64,000 nt of DNA from an uncultured euryarchaeote (GTDB taxonomy: Archaea > Thermoplasmatota > Poseidoniia > Poseidoniales > Poseidoniaceae), in contig CALBRH010000065.1 of NCBI GenBank assembly GCA_937899865.1, forward strand, positions 1 through 64,000. The letters are read 5' to 3'. This document shows positions 56,564-64,000 of the stretch, piece by piece. The position numbers were made by a program, and so were the translations under genes. The first letter of the stretch is position 1, and each line of letters opens with the position of its first letter. The notes under the pieces are model-generated. The model saw only the letters and a list, made by a program, of their open reading frames with translations. It had not been told where the DNA came from and did not search any database.

Positions 56564-58957
56564 ATGAGTACTCGGATGGGTACTATGAGTGTGAGCGATA
56601 GCAAGAAGGAAACATCTCTGGATTCAACTCGCAGCAATAGAGAAAACGGTGACAGAATGTCATTATCTGCTTTGCGATCTCAATTCACTAGAAGTACATC
56701 TCCATCGGTTAGTCAAAGTGAAATGACTAGTGCTCGTTTCCGAAATGAAGAACGTCTTCGTTCAGATATTCGACGTGAGCGTAGATTGAGGCAGCAAGCG
56801 ATTAATGAGAGAGTTATCGCAATGCAAGAAAATCTTGCTGCTGATTTAGCTGTTCAACATGAATTAACAATCGATACTTTAGAAAAAGAACTCCGCGAAC
56901 ATATGGAATTAGAATTGGCTAATATGGAAAAGGAGTCACTTGTTCAAGAAGAAGCCAGATTGAGGTCTGAATATGAGGTTCGCCTTAATCGAAAGGTAGA
57001 AACATTGCAAGAGCAATTTGAACTTGAGCAAGATATTAGGATTCAAGAGCATAAGGAAAAACTCAAGGAACAGATAGGTTCTGAATTGCAAAAAGAACAT
57101 AAACAGCGTTTAGAAATACAAAAAGAACGTATTGCATTAGAATTTAACCAACATTTGCAACACAGAATTCGTGATATGGAAGCGTCATTAACAGATGAAA
57201 TGGAATCTCGTTTCAAAGAAATGGAAACTCATGAACTAAACCGACTTGAAGAGAGCCATGCGGCAAAACTTTCTGAACGAGAAGAGCAATTGCGAAGAGG
57301 TATTAGAACTCGATTAGAACAGCAATTAAGGGCACGATTAAAGCAACGTGAGGCACGATTAAAATCAGAATATGATCGTAGAAGTCTTCGCTTAGAAGAA
57401 GATATTGCACAACAAATCCAGGCTGAATTAGAGAACCGTCTACGCCAGGAAACTGAAGATCTTGAAGAGCAAATGCGTGAAGATGTGGAACTTGCAATTG
57501 CTAGAAGAAAGGATGAATTACGAGTTGAAATTGAAAATCAACTTGAATCAAGACACGCTGAACGTTTGGCTGGTAGGAAATCAAGACTCCGAGAGAAATA
57601 TGACATCACCTTCTCCAAAGCGATTGACGACATTTCCAAGACACTCAAGCAAGATATTGAAACCGAACTTGAAAAGAGAATGGAATCAGATTACACCAGT
57701 TACAGAAGTGCAAGAGAAGCGGAAATACAGAACCGATTGGCTCGTTTCCGTTACGAGCGTGAAAATGAATTACGTGATCAACTTGAGGCGCAATATGATT
57801 CCAAAAAGACAGAATGGGCAGAACGGTTGGAATTGGAATTCCAATCTAGAGAATCCGCAGCAAGAAAGGCTATCATGTCTGAAATTGATGCAGGTTTACG
57901 TAACGAGCGTCTAACCTTTGAGACACATCTAGAATTACTAAAGGAAGAAACTGCACTGGAACTCGAAGTCAATATGGAAGACCGCTTAGAAGAATTCAAG
58001 CAACGCAAGGAAGAAGAAGTATCCTCACAACTTGAGAGACAACTGGACAAGCGAGAAGAAATTATGCGCAACAAGGCTCTAATTGAAATTAGGAAGCGAG
58101 AAGCATTAATCCGTGCAGAAATTGAAGCGCAATTAGGTTTAAAGCGTGCTGAAATTAGAGATAGATTACAAAATCTGACCGATAAGATGGATAATTTCAA
58201 GGAGACTGCAGAAATCAAGATGCGAGAAGCTGTTGAAAAGCAAATACAAGGTGAAATAGATTCTGAAGAGACGGAATTCAAGGCTCGTCAAGAAGAGTTT
58301 AGAGAACTACAAAACTTGGATACGAAGGCTGAAAAGCGTCAAATGTGGATGCAATCTATTTCTGGTCAAGATAGAAAGCAACCAATAACATTACCAGATC
58401 CATCAACTCTTGGAGCGAAGGCAACTTCACTTGGTGCAACAGGTGGCAGGCCTATGCGTGGTATCCTTGGTGGTAGTACTAATCAAGACCCACCTCAAGC
58501 AAATATCGGACTTGCAGGTATGAGGGCTCCTACTTCAAGTGCAAAGCCATTAACTCCAACCTCTCCATTAATTAGACCAGTAAAATCACCAATCAGCAGT
58601 GATGTGAAGCCAGCTACAGCAACAATATTACCGAGACCAATAAAGAAATTGGGAACTCCAGAAGTTTCACCGTCAACAGAGGAATTAGTGCCAGAACCAA
58701 TGTCTGAGGAGATTGCTGAAGAAATAGCAGAAGAAGTTCTAACGCCTCAAGAGCAAGATGAAGCTGAAATAGTTCAAGAAACTCAAGATGTTGCCTCATT
58801 AAGGCCAATTACTAAAACTATGATTCCACAACAACAATCCAGCACTAATGTCGCAAAATTAACTCCAGTAAAACATATTTTAGAGCCAGCCAAGAAGGCA
58901 CGAGGCCCTCCACCATCCAAGGATTTGGGAACAAAGAAATCTGACAGCGATGAGTGA
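56564..58957 (+). CDS. Long coiled-coil protein with 19-residue periodicity and Pro-rich tail
   Basis: E/R/Q/L-rich central region of about 470 aa that aligns in 19-mers. No TM. Confidence 0.8.
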   Translation: MSTRMGTMSVSDSKKETSLDSTRSNRENGDRMSLSALRSQFTRSTSPSVSQSEMTSARFRNEERLRSDIRRERRLRQQAINERVIAMQENLAADLAVQHELTIDTLEKELREHMELELANMEKESLVQEEARLRSEYEVRLNRKVETLQEQFELEQDIRIQEHKEKLKEQIGSELQKEHKQRLEIQKERIALEFNQHLQHRIRDMEASLTDEMESRFKEMETHELNRLEESHAAKLSEREEQLRRGIRTRLEQQLRARLKQREARLKSEYDRRSLRLEEDIAQQIQAELENRLRQETEDLEEQMREDVELAIARRKDELRVEIENQLESRHAERLAGRKSRLREKYDITFSKAIDDISKTLKQDIETELEKRMESDYTSYRSAREAEIQNRLARFRYERENELRDQLEAQYDSKKTEWAERLELEFQSRESAARKAIMSEIDAGLRNERLTFETHLELLKEETALELEVNMEDRLEEFKQRKEEEVSSQLERQLDKREEIMRNKALIEIRKREALIRAEIEAQLGLKRAEIRDRLQNLTDKMDNFKETAEIKMREAVEKQIQGEIDSEETEFKARQEEFRELQNLDTKAEKRQMWMQSISGQDRKQPITLPDPSTLGAKATSLGATGGRPMRGILGGSTNQDPPQANIGLAGMRAPTSSAKPLTPTSPLIRPVKSPISSDVKPATATILPRPIKKLGTPEVSPSTEELVPEPMSEEIAEEIAEEVLTPQEQDEAEIVQETQDVASLRPITKTMIPQQQSSTNVAKLTPVKHILEPAKKARGPPPSKDLGTKKSDSDE

Positions 58958-58994
58958 TTTTTGGGCAAATCAACGCTGTTTTCATATTCTTTGA

Positions 58995-61436
58995 ATGGTT
59001 GGGATGACTATGAAGCGAACATTTGCATTAATTTGCGTGTTTCTGTTTGCAGCATCTGTTAGTATTATTCCTCATGCTAACGCATCAAGTGGCCTAGTTG
59101 AATCAGGAATCTCTCAAGAGTTTAAATCTGAAATCATATATTGTAAAGTTTTAGATGATGACACTGTATTAATTGTTACACAAGCAGGAGAGATCTCTTC
59201 CAATACATTATCTGAAGGTATTTTAACACCTCTTTGGATTTTTGACATAAACATGACTGCAAATTATGCAAAAATCGATCCTGGACAAAAAGTCATTGCA
59301 TTAATTCATGATTTTGGATTCCTTACATTCAACATCGATACAGAGACAATCGAACAAAATAAATCACTGAGTTCAATACCAGATTCATTAGATTGGGATA
59401 TGGATGGAGATATTTGGATTGCATATCATAGTGGAATAAGGAAAGCAAAGGAATACTCAGATGGAGTATTTAGTGGAGTACAGACAAGCCAAATTTCTTC
59501 AGGATTTTTTTCATTTGAGATAACTGAAAATAATGATTTAGTTATGGGTGGTTTTGATTCCAAACTGCATATATTTAATCAACAAGGAGTGTTAGTTACT
59601 CAAAAATCTGAGCCATTAAGTTATCTTAGTTCTTTGAAAGATTTTGGCAATGGGATTTTAGTCGCAGGCTCTGGGGATGGTTCACTACATTTCTATGATT
59701 ATAATAATACATGGTCTCACTCATATTTGTCAATAAGTTCTCAGCAAATCACTCATATCGATGATTTCAATGAAAACTCATACTTTGCTATTGATGGCAA
59801 TGATGAGATATATTTTATTGATAATTCTTCTAATCTTGTGACAAGTTCTTTTTCATCTAATTTAGGTGCAAAATATGTTTTAGGTGAATTGAGCGGTCAA
59901 ATATCAGTAATTTTCAACGTCGAGTCAAATAGTAAGATTTTATTTTATGATTTAGATGGAGATGGGGATGGAATAAGTGATACATTGGACGACTTTCCAA
60001 CAGATGCGACTCAACAAGTAGATTCGGACGATGATGGATATGGAGATAATGTAGATGGAATTAATGGAGATTTCTTCCCAAATAATCCGGAACAACATGC
60101 TGATTCAGATGGCGATGGTTATGGCGATAATGAATTGGGTGAACAAGGAGATGTGTTCCCAAATAACCCTGAACAATGGGCTGACTTAGATGGCGATGGA
60201 TATGGTGATAATTCGGATGGTTTGATGGGCGACCAATTCATCGAAGATCCAACACAATGGAATGATACAGATGGTGACGGATATGGCGATAATCCATTAG
60301 GTAATTCTCCAGACGCATGCCCTGAAGTATCAGGATTTTCTAAACTTGATAGATTTGGTTGTATTGATACTGATTTTGATTTTTATTCTAATCCTGATAG
60401 CATTTTTACTGCTCAAGACGGAGCCGATGCTTTACCAAATGATGGAACGCAATGGAGTGATTTAGATGGAGATGGTTTCGGTGATAATCCCGCTCCGGCA
60501 ACAAATCCTGATTCATGTCCATCTGTAGCTGGTAATTCAACGAAAGAAATTCGACTTGATGGCACAATAATTGAGAAATTAGGCTGTCTAGATTCTGATG
60601 GAGATTCATTTGAAGACTTAAGCGATGAATTCCCTTCTGATGCAACGGAATGGTTTGATTCCGATGGAGATGGAGTTGGCTCTAATTCTGATTATGATGA
60701 TTCAGAATTACTAATTATTACTCAAGAAGATTATTGCCGTATCTCTGGCAATCAATCTAATTCTTGTAAATCATGGAACGATTTAGATTATCAAGAATAT
60801 CTTGCAAGAGATAAAGCCGATGGAGAAAATGACTTGTCTTATGCAGCTTGGTTGGCACAAAAAGAGGCTGGGCTATTAGATGAAGATGATAGTTTAATGT
60901 CGGCTGTAAAAGATGTCGCCATTGTCGGAGGGGGAGTATTCATTATAGCAACTGTACTGATAATTTTGGTCAGTTTTGTTGCCAAAAGACGAAAACTGAA
61001 CGATTTAGTAAAGCGCTATGGCGTCCCATTCAAACCCAAAGAAAAGACTGCAAATGAAGAAGCGCTTGAAGGTTCAGCAGGGCTATCAGCAACAGGCGGG
61101 ATCGAATCGGATGATTCTTGGGATGATGAGGTTAAAGCAATGGATTTCACTGAAAAATCAGAAGAGTTAGAAGAAATTGAGACCAATGTTATTTCTGCTG
61201 AAGAGTTGTATGATGATGAATCTGATATGGGCGAATTAGCTGGTATAGAGATGTCACCAACAGAAACAATTGAAGAAGACGTATCTGCTATGTTACAAGA
61301 TAAACCTCAAGATTCATCCGACGAAAAACCAAGCAATCCACCGCCAATTCCAGAATCTGGCCTTCCAGAAGGATGGACTATGGAGCAATGGGAATGGTAT
61401 GGCCACGAATGGCTTGCCAAAGTTGGCAATAAGTGA
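58995..61436 (+). CDS. Surface protein: beta-propeller-like domain, TSP3-like repeats, TM, acidic tail ending in LPEGWTMEQW module
   Basis: Signal peptide, WD40-like strands, about 10 DxDGDGxGD repeats, TM IVGGGVFIIATVLIILVSFV. Confidence 0.82.
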   Translation: MVGMTMKRTFALICVFLFAASVSIIPHANASSGLVESGISQEFKSEIIYCKVLDDDTVLIVTQAGEISSNTLSEGILTPLWIFDINMTANYAKIDPGQKVIALIHDFGFLTFNIDTETIEQNKSLSSIPDSLDWDMDGDIWIAYHSGIRKAKEYSDGVFSGVQTSQISSGFFSFEITENNDLVMGGFDSKLHIFNQQGVLVTQKSEPLSYLSSLKDFGNGILVAGSGDGSLHFYDYNNTWSHSYLSISSQQITHIDDFNENSYFAIDGNDEIYFIDNSSNLVTSSFSSNLGAKYVLGELSGQISVIFNVESNSKILFYDLDGDGDGISDTLDDFPTDATQQVDSDDDGYGDNVDGINGDFFPNNPEQHADSDGDGYGDNELGEQGDVFPNNPEQWADLDGDGYGDNSDGLMGDQFIEDPTQWNDTDGDGYGDNPLGNSPDACPEVSGFSKLDRFGCIDTDFDFYSNPDSIFTAQDGADALPNDGTQWSDLDGDGFGDNPAPATNPDSCPSVAGNSTKEIRLDGTIIEKLGCLDSDGDSFEDLSDEFPSDATEWFDSDGDGVGSNSDYDDSELLIITQEDYCRISGNQSNSCKSWNDLDYQEYLARDKADGENDLSYAAWLAQKEAGLLDEDDSLMSAVKDVAIVGGGVFIIATVLIILVSFVAKRRKLNDLVKRYGVPFKPKEKTANEEALEGSAGLSATGGIESDDSWDDEVKAMDFTEKSEELEEIETNVISAEELYDDESDMGELAGIEMSPTETIEEDVSAMLQDKPQDSSDEKPSNPPPIPESGLPEGWTMEQWEWYGHEWLAKVGNK

Positions 61437-61691
61437 TTATCTCCAAACAATTGGTAAAGATTTTTTCAATCTACCTAATTCTTCTCCACTGTAAATTGGT
61501 TTACCACCTTCAACTAAGGTGTTCATTATTAGCCACAATATAGCATTCCAAGATTTAGATCTAGCAAATAATTCGATATATCCTGCATTAGCTGCATCAA
61601 GTAATTGTCCTTCAGCAGTATTTTCATCGAATAATGCCCGAATTAGATTATTTGTATCGAAAAGGTATCCCTTTGGACGCCATTCCATCAT
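61437..61691 (-). CDS. Short/truncated PIN-domain (VapC-like) protein
   Basis: YLFDTNNLIRALF...LLDAANAGYIEL resembles the N-terminal half of PIN toxins. Only 84 aa, and the C-terminal acidic residues are missing. Confidence 0.55.
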   Translation of the reverse strand: MMEWRPKGYLFDTNNLIRALFDENTAEGQLLDAANAGYIELFARSKSWNAILWLIMNTLVEGGKPIYSGEELGRLKKSLPIVWR

Positions 61692-61695
61692 GCTT

Positions 61696-61938
61696 TCACA
61701 CCCTGAATGGAGATAGATTCAATCTGTCAACCAAGTGTTCTACATCCACATCTGCAACAGCTTTCATACGTTCACGGAGAGTTTCAATTTCACCATTCAT
61801 TTTGGTGATTTTGTGGGCTCTAATTAAGTCATTAAGAAATTCATTTACACTTTTATATCCGCTTAATGTACGAAGTGTGTTTAATTGTCTGCGGACTTCA
61901 TAACTTACGCTAATCGATGTCATTCCTTCTGCTGTCAT
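61696..61938 (-). CDS. Ribbon-helix-helix / antitoxin-like DNA-binding protein
   Basis: MTSISVSYEVRRQLNTLRTLSGYKSVNEFLNDLI. Ends 4 nt before the PIN ORF. Confidence 0.65.
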   Translation of the reverse strand: MTAEGMTSISVSYEVRRQLNTLRTLSGYKSVNEFLNDLIRAHKITKMNGEIETLRERMKAVADVDVEHLVDRLNLSPFRV

Positions 61939-62036
61939 GCCTTATCCCGAGATGCGTGTAATCAAAGGAATACTTAATCTACGCGAAAGAAAGTAATCTT
62001 CTAACGCTGTTTTTTTGAGTAAAATAACCCAGCCGC

Positions 62037-62993
62037 TTATCGGTTTCTTTCAAGTAATAATCGTGGTTGTTCATTTACTCCAAACTCACGACGCATGACC
62101 ATTACCCTTTGATGAAACTCTTTTGCTAAGGTCCAATATTCTAGTGAACCAGCACCAGCACCAGAATTTGTAGGTTTGTTGAGTAAAACGGTAGGTGCGC
62201 CAGACCAAGGGGCTTCAGCAACCTTGACCAAACGTCTAATTGTGGTTTTGAATAATTTTTTTGGCATTTTGGTATTGACTTGATCACAAACGTGGCGACT
62301 AAGTTTTGACCTTGCATCAACCATAGTCATTGCTACGCCAAAGATCTTTAGATTACGATTAATTCTTCTTTGAATCATCTTTATCGAATTCATCAACATG
62401 CTGAAACCTTCTAATGCATAATATTCAGCCTGCACCGGCACCATTACCCAATTAGCTGCACACATTGCATTTATTGACAATAATCCAAGAGAAGGGGGTG
62501 TATCGATAATAATATAGTCAAAATTGTCAATTATTGGCATCAAAGCCTCTCTCAATCTTGTTTCTCTACCAATTTTGTGACTGAGTTCAATTTCAGCACC
62601 AGAAAGATGTATGTCACTTGGGAGTAACCACAGATTGTCAACAGTGAGATTTTCTGGAGCAGATTTTCCTCCGTTACGCATACTCCAGGCTTCTTGCATA
62701 CTCTCAGTAAGTGCTTTTGGTGGAATTAAGTATTCATCCATTAACGGTAAATCTTCGCCACCATCATTTGTCAACAAATCATATGCTGTTCTCTTAACTT
62801 TCTTTTTTTCAACACCAAATGACGTTGCGCAATTGCCTTGAGGGTCTAAATCGATTAGTAGGACTTTAGCCGGTGGCAGTTTTTGGCGCTTTGAGCCTTT
62901 GGAAAGTGCAGCTGCTAAATTCACCGCAGTAGTAGTCTTTGCACAACCACCTTTTTGGTTGGCTACAGCAATGACCATCTTATACGGATTCAT
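62037..62993 (-). CDS. parA: ParA/Soj-family ATPase
   Basis: NQKGGCAKTTT deviant Walker A, LIDLDPQGN, IIDTPPSLG, VPVQAEYYALEG, AEAP. Confidence 0.9.
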   Translation of the reverse strand: MNPYKMVIAVANQKGGCAKTTTAVNLAAALSKGSKRQKLPPAKVLLIDLDPQGNCATSFGVEKKKVKRTAYDLLTNDGGEDLPLMDEYLIPPKALTESMQEAWSMRNGGKSAPENLTVDNLWLLPSDIHLSGAEIELSHKIGRETRLREALMPIIDNFDYIIIDTPPSLGLLSINAMCAANWVMVPVQAEYYALEGFSMLMNSIKMIQRRINRNLKIFGVAMTMVDARSKLSRHVCDQVNTKMPKKLFKTTIRRLVKVAEAPWSGAPTVLLNKPTNSGAGAGSLEYWTLAKEFHQRVMVMRREFGVNEQPRLLLERNR

Positions 62994-63066
62994 GATTCAC
63001 AACTCCTCGGACATTTGTAGCCACGGAGGAACTCCCCTTTCAATGCAAGGTTTAGTTCAGTCATTT

Positions 63067-64000
63067 TCACATTGGTTGAATGACTGGCACTGGTACTTCA
63101 GAAAGAATTTTTCTTACTATATGCATGCCAGTAATTCCTCGAATCTTTGCTTCTGGCTTCATGTTGATTCTGTGTGAAATGATTTGCAAAGCAATGCCCT
63201 TAACATCATCAGGAATAACATAGTTTCTTCCTGCAATAGCAGCAGCAGCCCTACCAGTCTTGAATAGTGATTGGCTTGCACGTGGTGATGCGCCATTGAC
63301 AACTCTGTGGTCCTCTCTAGTTCTTTGAACAATCTCTACAATGTAAGACAAGATAGCAGGATCAACATGTACTGTTTCTAGTGCTTTTTGCATTGCAACA
63401 ACTTTCTTAGGAGAAGTTACTTGTTCTACATCGTGGTTATCCTTTCCACGCAGTTTCCTTCTTGCAAGAATTGCTTTTTCTTCAGAACGGTCAGGATAGC
63501 CCATGGACATCTTCATCAAGAAACGGTCCATTTGAGCTTCAGGGAGCGGATATGTTCCTTCTTGCTCAATTGGGTTTTGAGTTGCCAAAACAACGAACGG
63601 AGCCGGTAATTTGTGAGTAATACCTTCGATGGTAACTTGCTTTTCTTCCATAGCTTCCAATAGAGCAGCCTGAGTTTTTGGCGGTGCCCTGTTAATTTCA
63701 TCAGCCAACAATATGTTAGAGAATAGTGGACCCGCTCTTAATTTGAATTCACCAGACTTTTGGTCATACATGTAAGTTCCCATGATATCAGACGGTAGCA
63801 AATCAGGAGTGAATTGAACACGCTTAAATTTACATCCCAACGCTCTTGCGAAAGTGTTGGCAAGTAGAGTTTTTGCTAGACCTGGGAAATCCTCCAACAA
63901 CATATTACCATTTGATAGAATACCAACAGTGACTCTTCGTAAGTTTTCGTTTTTACCAATGATGACTTTGCTTACCTCACCCATCAAACTATTGGAGATG
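63067..64000 (-). CDS. moxR: MoxR-family AAA+ ATPase (5' end probably outside the window)
   Basis: FPGLAKT, RVQFTPDLLPSDI, DEINRAPPKTQAALLEAMEE, ATQNPIEQEGTYPLPEAQMDRF. The frame stays open to the window edge. Confidence 0.93.
   Translation of the reverse strand, partial: ISNSLMGEVSKVIIGKNENLRRVTVGILSNGNMLLEDFPGLAKTLLANTFARALGCKFKRVQFTPDLLPSDIMGTYMYDQKSGEFKLRAGPLFSNILLADEINRAPPKTQAALLEAMEEKQVTIEGITHKLPAPFVVLATQNPIEQEGTYPLPEAQMDRFLMKMSMGYPDRSEEKAILARRKLRGKDNHDVEQVTSPKKVVAMQKALETVHVDPAILSYIVEIVQRTREDHRVVNGASPRASQSLFKTGRAAAAIAGRNYVIPDDVKGIALQIISHRINMKPEAKIRGITGMHIVRKILSEVPVPVIQPM

Noticed and set aside
61380-61439. Stop-codon readthrough or frameshift completing the PIN domain
   Set aside because: The sequence past TAA is antisense to the convergent gene and does not resemble a PIN C-terminus.
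63003-63031. TTCCTC/GAGGAG anti-SD stem upstream of parA
   Set aside because: The TTGAAA box at 63043-63038 predicts a TSS near 63015, downstream of the 5' arm.

Overview
This window is 64 kb of a gene-dense, AT-rich archaeal chromosome. It is most consistent with Marine Group II (Ca. Poseidoniales, Thermoplasmatota), inferred from archaeal informational genes (S8e, S10, EF-1alpha, SRP19, Sec61beta, GINS, PolB, XerA) mixed with bacterial-type enzymes, membrane-anchored S8 proteases and many TSP3-repeat surface proteins. It holds about 47 CDS and one tRNA-Leu(CAA). I saw no CRISPR array, IS element or provirus. The most notable observations are: (1) a 4194-bp cassette bracketed by a direct repeat of the 5' part of a DNA methyltransferase gene, carrying an oxidative three-gene operon (half-HPPD/SRPBCC fusion, L-amino-acid oxidase-like, cytokinin-dehydrogenase-like); (2) a 1063-aa mosaic type IV pilin with ZU5, Kazal, Cys-rich, FG-GAP propeller and blue-copper modules; (3) structured 5' leaders, namely three tetraloop hairpins before xerA and a 9-bp anti-SD hairpin before a 2118-aa surface protein; (4) a recurrent G-containing TATA variant (TTTGAW/TTGAWA) 21-23 nt before start codons; (5) a coiled-coil protein with 19-residue periodicity; and (6) a SAP-domain membrane protein, an NSUN2-like RNA methylase, a RimK-TrkA_C fusion and a parA/RHH/truncated-PIN cluster. 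All family calls come from motif reading by eye, with no database searches run.
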